From Carcharhinus longimanus (lineage: Eukaryota): a DNA stretch of 64,000 nucleotides. Under the pieces are notes generated by a model, which made no database searches, was not told the DNA's origin, and saw only the letters and a program-made list of their open reading frames with translations. The stretch is taken from positions 100,004,222 to 100,068,221 of the forward strand of contig JASCQW010000001.1 of assembly GCA_030264375.1 (NCBI GenBank), read 5' to 3'. Positions 1 through 11,730 of the stretch are shown in pieces. Every line of letters starts with the position of its first letter. Position 1 is the stretch's first letter. Made by a program: the position numbers and the translations under genes.

Positions 1-38
1 GATCTCACACTTAACCCCCAGCCAAAAGGCCAAGAGGC
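1..38 (-). pseudogene. Degenerate copy of the U2 snRNA 5' end at the 3' junction of a Tx1-clade LINE (runs off the window edge)
   Basis: Minus strand reads GCCTCTTGGCCTTTTGGCTGGGGGTTAAGTGTGAGATC versus vertebrate U2 5' GCTTCTCGGCCTTTTGGCTAAGATCAAGTGTAGTATC. GGCCTTTTGGCT and AAGTGT are shared exactly. Confidence 0.7.
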
Positions 39-2175
39 TTTTGTTTTGCAAAAATATACTTTGTTCATAAACTATCGGCAAGAACATTACAAACATTCCA
101 AAATGGCGATCGCACAAAGTGGGATTGTATTCAAGTTCTTTACATATATCAAGTAACACTCTGAGATACTTCAATACAGTCAAAGAAACCTTACAGACAT
201 TTTACAATGGTCCTTACAAATGGTGCAAAGATGTTTAAAGGTTGTCTGCATTGAACAAGTTGCACTCCAAAGTGCTTCAGTACAACTGAGATACATGTAA
301 TATTCACTGTTTTTAAAGTTTATTTATTAGTTTCACAGGTAAGCTTACGTTAACATTGCAATGAAGTTACTGTAAAAATCCCCTATGACTACACTCTGGC
401 ACCTGTTCAGGTGCACTGAGGGAGAATTTAGCATGGCCAATGCACATAACCAGCACTTCTTTCCAACTGAGAGAGGAAACTGGAGCACCTGGAGGAAACC
501 CACGCAGACACAGGGAGAACATGCAGACTCCGCACAGACAATGACCCAAGCCAGGAATTGAACACAGGTCCCTGGCATTGTGAAGCAGTAGTGCTAACCA
601 ATGTGCCACCATGCCGCCCTGGGATGCATTCATTGAGTCATTCAGCCTGAGGGAGTCCTGCTCCCCTCAGTTCACTATGGGTGAAAGGTCTTAGATAATG
701 ACCATCTCCTTTGCACTGCTGTGGCAGCTGCCCAAAGCTTTATTCTATCCCTCAGCAGGTAGTCCTGGGCATTGGAATGTGCCAGTCTGCAACACTGTCA
801 GGGGCAACTCCTTATACTGGAAACCCAACAAGTTTGGGCAGACCAAAGAGCGTCTTTTACTGAGTTGATGACTGATGATCCTCCAACAGCATCTGATGTT
901 TGTCTCAATGTGCATCCTTGGGAAAAGCCCATAGAGCAGAATCCTGTGTCATGGAGCTGCTAGGGATGAACCTCAGCAAAAACCATCTTACCTCTCTCCA
1001 AACCGTCTTTGCAAAGACACATTCCACAAGGAAGTGGACAACAGACTCTTCCCACCACAGTCACCTTGAGGGCAACATGCAGATGAGACTCCAAGCATGT
1101 AGGAAGGATCTAACTGGGAGGGTCATTCTCACCATCAGCCACGCTGGTTCTGATGCTTGTTTGAAAGATCTGGTGATGAGGCATTCTGTCAAATGGTGCT
1201 GACAGTCAGCGTAGGGGATTATCCAACAGGACCCACCATCCCCTTTTCCCGTAGGTCCTCTAGGACGTTACATGCAGACCATTTCCTTATGGATTTGTGG
1301 TCACAAGTGATTTTCTACAAAAACTTTTCCATGAGAGACAGGTGATGTAGCATGGTCCAACTACTTGGAGCATTCTGCAGCAGGGTAGCCAGACCCATTC
1401 TGCAGCAGGGTGGCCAGACCCATCCTTCACAACACTGGGGATGAATAGAATGTTAGCAGGCAGTGGCAATTGGTGTTTATGTACCAAGGATCTACGCACA
1501 GCTTGATGCAGCCAAACAAAAGGTGGCCATCGGGATTAGACGTGTTTTTCACCCCTTTATGTAGAGATGTGTACAACACGTCCCTATGAACGCGGTCCAT
1601 TTTTGACTCCCAGATGAAGCGGAAAATGGCTGGGGTGATTGCCACAGAGCAGGAATGAGGAATGGGCCAGACCTGCACCACATACAGCAGCATCAAGAAC
1701 ATCTCAAACTTGATGACCTGGTTCATATCTGCAATGGGGAGACAGCGTCACTACCACATGTCCAGTTTTTAGTTCATTATAGCTATTTGCTCCCTTCAGA
1801 TTTTCATGCATGTCTTTGTCCCTCCGAACCATATCCCCAGCACCCTCTGGCCATCTGACCTGACAATCAAGGGTCAATCTGCCCAGTTCCCAAAGAACAT
1901 GGTGTTACTCTTGCTTCGATTTATCTTGGCACCCAAGGCCAGTTTGAAAAGACCGCAGATGTTGGATCAGTTTGCACACCGACAGCAGATCTGAGCAAAA
2001 GATGGTGACGCACTTAAGTCCAGATACTTCCGTCATCTGGGATTGTCACCCCTTTTAAACCCAAATCTTCCCTGATGGACGCAGTAAAGTGTTCTGTACA
2101 ATACACAGACAGGACAGGAGAGTGAGGCCAGCCCTGCCTAACTCCAGATTTAATTGGAAAACTTTCTGATTCCCA
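39..2175 (-). mobile_element. Decayed, 5'-truncated Tx1-clade (L1 group) non-LTR retrotransposon, Keno-like; ORF2 RT/C-terminus plus 3' UTR, interrupted by a SINE
   Basis: Minus-strand peptides SFPIKSGVRQGWPHSPVL (GVRQGCPLSP RT motif), LLYVVQVWPIP...IFRFIWESKMDRVHR, IINSVKDALWSA and CRLAHSNAQDYLLRD are typical of Tx1 ORF2. Frameshifts and stops are present. A-rich 3' end at about 39-70. Confidence 0.85.
313..619 (-). mobile_element. HE1-like tRNA-derived V-SINE, tail variant B, nested in the Tx1 element
   Basis: Head GGGCGGCATGGTGGCACATTGGTTAGCACT with A/B-box-like motifs, V-domain-like GGGTTTCCTCCAGGTGCTCCAGTTTCC, tail ending TAATAAATAAACTTT. Confidence 0.9.
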
Positions 2176-2329
2176 CCCAAGAAGCTTCAATTCATTTTTC
2201 TTTTGGTTCAGATTTCCTTCCACTAATAGTTCTAGCACCTGCTCCAGACAGAATTTGGCCCTCTTTAAGAGCTGCAGCCTGGATTTTGGGTGACACAGCC
2301 TGGTTTTGGGTATTGTAGGCTAGCTCTGG

Positions 2330-2520
2330 GAGCTGTTGCCTTCGCTAAATTTGAATCTCCAGCCCCTGCTGAGGTGTTCAATCACTCAGTCACACCTTTT
2401 GCTCTGGCTGCACATTGCAATAATGCAAATTAGCAGGCAACATGAAGCTGGCTTGCTGCCTGCATCAGAAGCAATGGGCGCGGGTTAATCTCAATGAATG
2501 TCCAATTGAGCTCCTGCAGT
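2330..2520. repeat. Interspersed repeat fragment shared with about 9360-9530 (unclassified)
   Basis: AATTAGCAGGCAACATGAAGCTGGCTTGCTGCCTGCATCAGAAGCAATGGGCGCGGGTTAATC closely matches AATTAGCAGGCAGCATGAAGTTGGCATCCTGCCTGCATCAGAAGCAACAGGCGCAGGTTAATC. Confidence 0.7.
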
Positions 2521-3679
2521 TTCTTTGAAAGTAAATGATTTAATTTTCAAATAACTTCCTATGTTGGTGCATAAGAACCTGGAAGCCCATGTTTGGTATT
2601 TAGCTGCAAACAGATTATTCATGGCTCATCCTGGCTTTTCTGAATCAAAATTTTAACAGGAGTGAGCATAAAATCAGGATCAGCAAATATTTTTCCCTGC
2701 AGGCTTATAAATAATTCAGTGGTTATTTTATTATGGAATAGTTGTGGGCCAGCCTGCACATTTTATATAACCTACCTCACAGAACTGGAATTCCTTGTGA
2801 ATAATATTACCCTTTCAGTGTATTCCTCATGCTTGACTATTGCCCCTGGGGTTTGAGTGCATATCATTTGCTTAATGTCCTCAGGAAAAAGGAGCGAACT
2901 GAACATTGTTTGGTATGAGAGTCCATTGGCTTGATTTGTTCTGATCTCTGCTGTTTTTCTAACCTTGTATATTGGATGCCAATTTTCTTGCCAAAACAAT
3001 GGATGGACCAGCAGTTGTACTACTTTTAGATTGGCACAATAATAAAAGCAATTCATTGGAAAAATTCAGAAGCAGCTCATAAAATCCAGAAAGGTACTTT
3101 GGTCTCAATTACAATCGGATCATCTTCTGAGAGCTCTGTGATGACACAATTATTTATATTTCTTCTGGGCTTAAAAACAACAGGCTGAAGGCAAAGTTTT
3201 CAAGGATTGGAAGAGGAGTTATTCCAAGGAAAAGCAGCAAATTAGTAATTTTGCAGCAAGTTTGTGAAAATGATGGAATTTGCTGTGGACAGTTGACCTT
3301 AGCTGTTCATTATACTGTGTTTATTTTATATATAATGGAGATTAAGTAACTAATGGCTCAATGTGTCCTGGGTATATTCTATTGGAATCATTTTACATGA
3401 GGTTTAAAAGGTGTATTCAACTACTAAATAATAACCATTCTGTGTACGGCACAGTTTGAATTATAAAAACACCTTTTAAAAGTTTGGGAATTTTTTTTGC
3501 CATTTAAAGGGAGCTACCATAAGTTTGAAGGATATTCCCACAGACCTATTATCTTTTATATTAATGCAGATTAATTTTGGTGTCTCATTAATGCAATGTT
3601 CTGAGTCGAACTCAGGATGAACATGGCCAGATTGAATTTTAATGAATAGCGTGAGGCTACCTGAAGAAAAGCAAAAGGT

Positions 3680-3935
3680 GAAAATAAAAATACAAACATT
3701 GCTGAAAAGAGAGACGTATCACAGAAATTTCTTGTCTCCCATTCATCAGGACAAACACAAGAATGCCATATTTCAAACAATTACAACAACTTAGACTGCC
3801 GGAGAAAAGTTTAGTTTATTCATTAGTCTCACGAGTCGGCTTATATTGACACTGCAATGAAGTACCTGTGGGGGTAAAAAAAGGATGTTGATTGGTTGGC
3901 AAGTCGATTGTGATTGGCTGAGGTGTTGCCATCTG
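3680..3935 (-). mobile_element. Probable Penelope-derived terminal fragment (homologue at 50420-50590, + strand), split by a SINE tail-B fragment at about 3808-3868
   Basis: Reverse complement matches 50420-50590 (TTTGAAATxTGGCATTCTTxTGTTTGTCCTGAxGA...TCTCTCTTTTCxGCA). Confidence 0.55.
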
Positions 3936-3940
3936 CAATA

Positions 3941-4145
3941 TGTAAATGTTGGGGCATTGGGATGTGTACTGCTCCTTTAAGAGTATGAGTCATGTCACTG
4001 CTGTGATGGAATTAGCTCCTCCCAGGATGGAACCTCGTTAAGCAGTCTCAGATCTAACTGTGGGGCAGTGCACACCTGTAATAAAGAATTCACCAGTGTT
4101 TAAGTTTTGAGGCCTACTTTGTGGTTCCTCTTGTACCATATTTCA
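3941..4145 (+). mobile_element. Possible solo LTR remnant (Gypsy-like), related to 14116-14330
   Basis: Starts TGT, contains AATAAA, ends CA. Shares CTGCTCCTTTAAxAGTAT and GCAGTCTxAGAxCTxACTG with 14116-14330. Confidence 0.4.
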
Positions 4146-4749
4146 ATAAGTGTATATAAAACACCATGGAGAAAGCAACTGGAACTAAGGATTCTTCAGT
4201 TCTCAGGTAATTCAAATAAGGTGCAAAGCTTGAACCTATTCTTTCTCTTTGTAAAGAATGGCTTTCTACATATGAATTTATGTCACTCCCAGCAAGCATT
4301 AATGAGCCATTATTAGCTTGACTTATTATCTTAAATTGGTTGCTAGTGTAGCTATTCATCCGCTCAAGAAAATGTTGAAAACCTTTGAAGTGATAATCAA
4401 AATTACACAACATGTTTGTCATCATCCAAAAAGTGAGGTTATCTAACGTCATTAGGATTCAATCTTAAACTTCAGGACGACAGGATATTTTGATAGATGG
4501 ATAGTGATGGAGCAAATATTTTTACTGGGAATAATATTAAAAAATGTGCTTCTTAATCTGTAAATTATAGCCTCTACATGAGGAAAAAAAATGAAGCAAA
4601 ACAATAACGTGTTTGCACTGGGATAAATGCCCATTCGTATGTACTTTTTGCGTGTCCCTGGCTGTACAAATATAATTTTCATATCTATGGATGAATGTGT
4701 ATGTTCGTGTTTGATGAGAGTGTGGATTGTCTTGTTAAAGTAAAATTAT

Positions 4750-5350
4750 CAGTCGAGGCATAGATCACCAAAGCAGGGAAATCATGTTGGAGTTCTATAA
4801 AACTTTGGTGAGGCCACAACGGGAATCCTGTATGCAATTCTGGTCACCACGTTATAGGAAGGCTGTGATTGTACTGGAGGGAGTACAGAGGACATACACC
4901 AGGATGCTGCCTGATATGTAACATTGAAGTTATGAAGAGAGGTTGGACAGGCTTGGATTGTTTTCCTTGGAGCGGAGATTAAGGTGTATGAGATTATGAG
5001 GGGCATGGACAGAGTGGATAAGGAGCAGTTGTCCCCCTTAATTGAACGATCAGCCACGAGAGGACACAAGTTCAAGGTGAGGGGCAGGAGGTTTAGATGG
5101 GATGTGAGGAAAAAGCTTTTTTATTCAGAGGGTGGTGATGATCTGGAATGCGCTGCCTAGGAGGGTGGTAGAAGTGAGTTGCCTCACATCCTTTTAAAAA
5201 GTACCTGGATGAGAACTTGGAGCATCATAAAATTCAAGGCTATGGGCCAAGTGCTGGTAAATGGGATTTGGTGGGAGGTCAGGTGTCTCTCGTGTTGGTG
5301 CAGACTCAATGGGCCGAAGGGCTTCTTCTGCACTGAATGACTCTGTGATT
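4750..5350 (+). mobile_element. CR1/HER1-like LINE 3' end
   Basis: Degraded CR1 ORF2 C-terminus (YKTLVRP...QFWSP, TRGHKFKVRG). The 3' tail GCAGACTCAATGGGCCGAAGGGCTTCTTCTGCACTG is shared with the HE1-like SINE tail A. Confidence 0.9.
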
Positions 5351-6099
5351 TTAAGTTCGGCCAAAATAAAGGCCATCACCTATGATTGCAAGACCACTTT
5401 CACATATTATCTTTTAACAATGATTTGCTATATGAAAACAAGATGCAACCAACTTAAATTCACATGAAAGATCTTTCTCGTGACATTTTCACAATATCAT
5501 TTTCCTGAGGAACAGCTTCGCCTCCTAAAAACCCACTAAGGAAATTTGGGCACTTGCGTACATTTTTGTGAGTGTGATTGAAAAATCATGTACAAAACAT
5601 GTCCAGATTTCCACATGTGTGGCTGGTGGAGGCAGTACCTATCCATGAGTGTAGAATCATGAAAGAAAAATGACCAGCTCTTCAGTCCAGCTAGTATTAG
5701 AGAAACTGCACTGAGATTCTTTGTTACAAAAATCGATTGTAATTATGGTCTATTTTCTTTTAGCATTGTTTAGAAAATTGTATTGCTTTGTTGGTTTGTT
5801 TAGGAAACAATTTTCAGGGACCCTAATATTAGAGAAGTTCTATAGCTCATCAGTTAGCCCACTAATTGAGAAACATCATCATAAATTGATGTTCAAATAA
5901 GAATTATTAGTCTTAATTTTCTACAGTGACTTTATGTGGGAAGCATTTTAGAAGTATCAAAATTCAATGACTATTGTGATGGTTTTTGTAAGCGCTAGAT
6001 AATCGAAGCCTGTAAAGTCCTGGTTTACTTGTCTCCCAAGATAAGCTAGCAACTGGAATTGCACTTTGAACAATGTTGCTCTGTCTTTCTCCAGAGTGT

Positions 6100-6700
6100 T
6101 TGAGATTCTACCTTGCACATCCAACCTTCCCCTCCACTGTCCACATCCACCCAGCATTCACCCTGTCAAGCCCCCTCAGAATCTTACATGTTTCAATAAG
6201 ATCACCTCTCATTCTTCTTATCCCCAGTAAATATAAACGCAATCATCTCAAGCTTTCCTCATTAGACAACCCCTTTATCCCAGGAATCAGCCAAATGAAA
6301 TTGTGTATCAGGGTGGAAGGAATCCAAAGAAGGTCCCCGTAACCTCATGAGGAAGAATTTCCCTTGTGATGTTAGTGATTAGTTTGCCTCTTGAATTGTC
6401 TCTGAACCTGGCGTTCTTTAATGATGAACAGAAAAAAGAGCCACAGATTAACAACATACAGCTTTAAGTTTAATTTATATTTTGTACTTGGTTGTTAAGT
6501 TATTGTATTTATTTCCTCCCCAGTTTCTGCCCATTGATTATTTAGTATTATCGGAATGTTATTGGTGTCTTCCACCATGAAGACTGACAAAAGGTATTTG
6601 TTTAACTCCTCTGCCATTTCCTGGTTCCCCATTATCTCCCCAGACTCATTCTCTCAGGGGCCTGTGTTCACCTTGGCCTCTCACTTCCTTTTGATACTAG
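6100..6700 (-). mobile_element. CR1 LINE fragments (about 6100-6300 and 6555-6690)
   Basis: CCCTGTCAAGCCCCCTCAGAATCTTACATGTTTCAATAAGATCACCTCTCATTCTTCT is a typical antisense CR1 ORF2 segment, also seen at about 8575-8650. Confidence 0.7.
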
Positions 6701-7406
6701 TGCTACCATTTTGGAGTTCAGTCATTCAGCAAACACACTCTCAATCACGCATGGCTGAACGCGAATACAACTTACATATACTACTTATAAGTTACTTGCT
6801 GATTTATTTCCACTGGCTAATGCCAAGAATGTATGAGTGTGTGGTGCTTTCTAGAGTTCTTTAAAATTGCTAAAGTCTGCAGGGAGAAGTATGAAAGTTG
6901 CTGAAGGATTTGGTTCTGACTTCAGGGCTTCTCCACAAACCAGTTGCAGCAGTTAACATCCCCCTTGTAATACTGCATGACTGGAAAAATTAGCAAAGGC
7001 CACGCAGAGCAGGACATGCCAGGAGAAGGGGGGAAGAGGGGTGATGGGGAGGAGGAGGGGAGAGAAGGGGTCTTAACAGCAGGAAATATAAGCCTGATGT
7101 TCAAGGAATAACTCTCTTCAGCGAGAAACAGTGTGCCAAATGGCTGCATCAAGGATGCAGGGTGTAAGGACATCCTCATTAAATTCTGCCACTAACTTCA
7201 TGCAGAATTGCGACATCAGAGCAGGACACAAGGACAACATTNNNNNNNNNNTGGCTGTGAAGCCCACTGTTTAAACTGCTTTTCTAGATTCTCCATAGCA
7301 AAACTGCCTTTGCTTTGGGAAACAGGTAACTGTGCTACCCTTGTCTCTTACCACGGCTGCAGGAAACTGTGTGTAGTTGGGGTCTCACCATGTGCATATC
7401 CCAATA

Positions 7407-7728
7407 GGCACCACAGTGGCACAGTGGTTTGCACTGCTGCCTCACAGCACCAGGGACCCAGGTTCAATTCCCGCCTTGGGTGATTAACTGTATGGAGTTT
7501 GCACATTCTCCCTGTGTCCATGTGGATTTCCTTCCACAGTTTAAAGACGTGCAGGTTCGATGGATTGGCCATGCTCAATTGCCCCTTAGTGTCCCAAGAT
7601 GTGTAGGTTAGATGGATTAGCCATGGTAAATGTGTGGGGTTATGGCCTTCGGTGGGGTAAAGGGCCTGGGTAAAGTGCTCTGTGGGAGAAATTACCTCCT
7701 TCTGCACTGTAGGCATTCTATAATTCTA
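7407..7728 (+). mobile_element. HE1-like SINE, tail A
   Basis: tRNA-like head, V-domain-like core, tail CCTCCTTCTGCACTGTAGGCATTCTATAATTCT. Confidence 0.85.
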
Positions 7729-8264
7729 AGCAATTTTCCAAAGTGCAGTCAGTATCAGTATTTGAGCTTGTGCGTACAAGTGTGGGATCAATTGATGGTA
7801 TCTAGATGAACAGTTTGATTGGTGAGCTTCACTGGTACTGGCAATGTGGATCTTCTCCCCTGCTCTTCCAGCTGATAGCTTTCCAGCATCTCTTGACCAG
7901 GCAGCAGTTCAGGGGTAACTGAAAGAAGAAAGGCACAGGGTAGGATAGTACAGAAGGGAGGGGGCAAACAAGAAGTACAAATTGCCTGCAGATTGTAAAT
8001 GAGAAGAGATTGTGGGATGACGGAGAAATGGGGTAAAGAAGCAACTCAAGTTACCAAATATCCTGTCCCACTGCTGGCCAGAGTCTCAGGTATAACTGAA
8101 GGGGAGCATCGTCACCTCTATCGGGGTAAAGACATGCAGCCATGCGTGACCCTGCCAGTTATGCCCTACTGGTATGTCAACACCTTGTGTTTGGATTACG
8201 TACCTGTGTTGGTTGAGTAGCTGGGCAGTGCGTGCATACTGAGATGTGGTATGAGTTTTACATA

Positions 8265-8850
8265 AATAGAAACATAAAAAATGAGAGCAAGGAGGCCATT
8301 TAGCCCCTCAAGCCTGTTCCACCATTTGTTAAGATCATGGCTGATCACCCAACTCAATAGCCTCCCCCTGATATCCTTTGATTGCCTTCACCTCAAGTGC
8401 CATATGTCTTGAAAACATATTTTGGCCTCAACTGCTTCCTGTGGTAGTGAATTCAAAAGCTGATCACTCTGTAGGTGAACAAATTTCTCCATATCTCTGT
8501 CTTAAACAGATCCTCAGACTGTGACCCCTGATTCTGGACATCTTCACCATTGGAAGCATCCTATCTGCATCTACCCTGTCTAGTCCAATTAGAACTTTAT
8601 AGGTTTCTATGAGATCTTCTCCCCCCCGCCCCCTCATTCTTCTGAACTCCAGTGAATAAAATCCTAACCGACTTGATCTCTCCTCACAAATCTGTCCTAC
8701 TATCCCAGGAACGAGTCTGGTTAACCTTCTCTGAACTCCCTCCCTAGCAAAAACATCCTTCCTCAGATAAGGAGACTACAACTGCACACAATCATCCAAA
8801 TGGTGCCTCACCAAAGCCCAGTATAATTGCAACAAGACATCCCTGCCCCT
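8265..8850 (-). mobile_element. CR1 LINE 3' end
   Basis: Tail repeat ATAGAAACATA followed by GGAGGCCATTTAGCCCCTCAAGCCTG and antisense ORF2 sequence. Confidence 0.85.
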
Positions 8851-11424
8851 GCAACGATGCAAAGTGTGTCAGGGTGAGGTGAAGCTCTGAGCATCAGGTC
8901 CGAGTGCTGACTGATTGTTGGTGTACAAGTGATGGGGTGTGCAGCACTGAGCAGAGTATGAGGCTCATGGTGCAGCTGGGGGGATATGACATTTGAAATT
9001 TCATGCACTGATACTAAGCAGTCACCAGAGTGAAATTTAGAAAGCACTGCATTTCAAGGCTTAACACATTGTCCTTCACACCTCAATCTACCTTCTAAGA
9101 CTCCACCTGAAACACTTTCTGGCTATTTGTGTGTAGAGCGCATCTGTCGTCCTCATCACCTCCTTGTCCTCCAGTGATTGTTGGAGAATGTTGGAGTTCG
9201 CACTCTCCCACATTGTGACATTCTTGGCTCTTTCCCCAGTTGGACTCAATTGTCAAATGACATTCAACACCCTATTCCAGCAACAATATACCTTCTGTTT
9301 AAGAGGTACAGGTTAGCTTTGAGTAGTGCAGCATATCTTTAAGTGGAGCTAACCTCTCATAATTTTAGGGCACCTGCTGAGATGTGCAACTCCTCACTAC
9401 ATGAATAGCACTGACTGCATGCTGCAATCATGTTAATTAGCAGGCAGCATGAAGTTGGCATCCTGCCTGCATCAGAAGCAACAGGCGCAGGTTAATCCCA
9501 CATCTCAATCCTTGCGCACATTCTCAGGAACTATCAAGTGTAGTCCCCAATGAATTTCAAAGTGTGAACGGAACTACTGCCATTTCTTATTTGCAGTTTT
9601 TTGTACTAATGCTTTGCCCAATGCGCGTTATTAGACAAGCAAATGTTTGAGTAAGACTTTGAATGGGACCTTATTTGGAAGACTTTACGCTGTATTTTAA
9701 CTCCCAGAAACAGAAGCGTTGGGCCCATGTTATAGGTTAAAATGCAAGAAATCTGAATAGAAGTACAACTCATCTTAAATCGACCAGTTTTAATGGGATG
9801 AGGGGAAACTAATCAATATGTTTGCTAGAGGCAGATTGATGATTTAAGTGTGGTAATGAGGCTGAATGCCTTCATCTTAACAGTTATTTTATATTTGATC
9901 ATGGGCAGCAGGATTTCTGAGACCTCAGGAAACCTGACAGTTTAAAGAAGGCAGAAGGATCTGAATCCATGAACTAAGTGCCTTTACAACACTAGTAAGC
10001 AAGGAAGAGCAGGACTGTTACCTTAAACCTAACAAACAGTCCAATAAACCCACCTCATCCACATGATCTGTCTGCTATCCACCTCCCCACTATCACCATC
10101 AGACTTTCCCAACCATCATCTGACAAGCCCATACCCCCAGCCACAATCCTCTCCCTACCATCCCCTGCCCGAAGCACCACCCAAACCTTCCGATCACCAA
10201 CTGCACTTCACACCTGACCATCCACAGAATGCCCACCTAATCTGTAATCCGGGCACCCCAACCCCACGCAAGGGATCCCCTTCACCACCCTCCCTGCCCA
10301 CCCCAAATACACAGACCTACTCTAGGCTTTGGCCTTGGGAACAAGTCTTCATGTTCAAAATTCTGCCAGCCTGCATCAAATCAGACTGCCTATTGCCAGG
10401 AACTCCACTCAAAGGCACCATGCAGAAAAAGTCTACTGAACACTCGGGGGTTGGGAGGAGGAGGTGGTAAATTTGCCTAACCTCACAACTGTACCTCGAG
10501 AACCTTGCACAGGATTTGCCTCCAGGTTCAAATCCAACAGAGCACTTCAGCTGCTTGTGCAGAAGTTAAATTATTAAAATTAAGGTTCCATAAACCTCTG
10601 TCAAGCAATGGAAAATGCTTATCAGCAGACAGGCCTTCAATGGGGTGAGCATGAATGGCTAATCTTCACCTGCATAAGTACCGTAAACATTCTGTTTTTG
10701 GCCTTCACCAGGGGATGAGAAAAACCAGAGTTTTCTATAACAGAATACCAAAGACAAGATATGGGGATATTTTATGCAAATGAAGGTTTAGCAGGGGACA
10801 GATTTTCTTTGAATAAAAAGGACAAAAAGCTAGGATATGATTGGTGAACATGTATGCAAATAAAGAATTAGAAAAATTGCTTATTTATTATTTGCTGTAT
10901 TTAACTATAATTGCCAAGTTGTTTGTATGGAATTTAAACACACTGCGGAGGGCTGCATGTCTGTTTCTCCTTATGCACAAGCAAGTAAAGTTTATAAGAT
11001 CGAGTAGTGTATAGTGCTGTTTGTACCCAAGTTAACTATAGTACCTAATGTTGCTGGTACCCTAGGTCTTCCACGCTTGTACTCACTAAACAATCAATTA
11101 TCTTTCACTGCTAATTTGTAACTTCGAGCTTTGTGTTTAAATTAATTTTCATTGCCACGTACACTCTGTTGCTGCAACATTAACCTCTTGGCCAGGTTGT
11201 TATTATAGATGAGGACTGGTTCTTGATTGACGCACCCAGTTCAATAAATAAATAAAGTTGCTGAAATACCCATTGTAGTATGCAACATTTGGACAAGTGT
11301 TGAAAAGAAAACTTGCGTGTAATTCCATTATCTGAGTGGTTCATTTAGCACAAGTGACACAGCATTAAGTCTGTCTGCTTTGGTTTGTCAATGGAACGAT
11401 TCACTTTAGTTCTACTGGAAAGGG

Positions 11425-11730
11425 CACATAAGAACATAAGGACATAAGAAATAGGAGCAGGAGTAGGCCATCTGGCCCTTCGAGCCTGCCCCGCCATTCA
11501 ATNNNNNNNNNNNNNNNNNNNNNNNNNNNNNNNNNNNNNNNNNNNNNNNNNNNNNNNNNNNNNNNNNNNNNNNNNNNNNNNNNNNNNNNNNNNNNNNNNN
11601 NNCCCAGCCTATCTAGATCCTTCTGCAGACTCTCCACACCCTCCGCACAATTTGCCGTTCCCCCAATCTTGGTGTCATCGCAAATTTCGACACCCTACAC
11701 TCGGTTCCCTCCTCCAGATCATCTATATAA
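11425..11730 (-). mobile_element. Young CR1 LINE spanning a 100-N gap (11503-11602)
   Basis: ACATAAGAACATAAG tail nearly identical to copies at 25470 and 36073. Peptide ESLQKDLDRL (CR1 RT region) lies beyond the gap. Confidence 0.9.

Noticed and set aside
2925-2955. RDQNK peptide on the minus strand, resembling the next H6PD exon
   Set aside because: Flanking residues do not match ILPF...WN.HH and there are no suitable splice sites.
7407-7480. tRNA gene calls for SINE heads
   Set aside because: The A/B-box sequences continue into SINE core and tail, so they are not standalone tRNAs.
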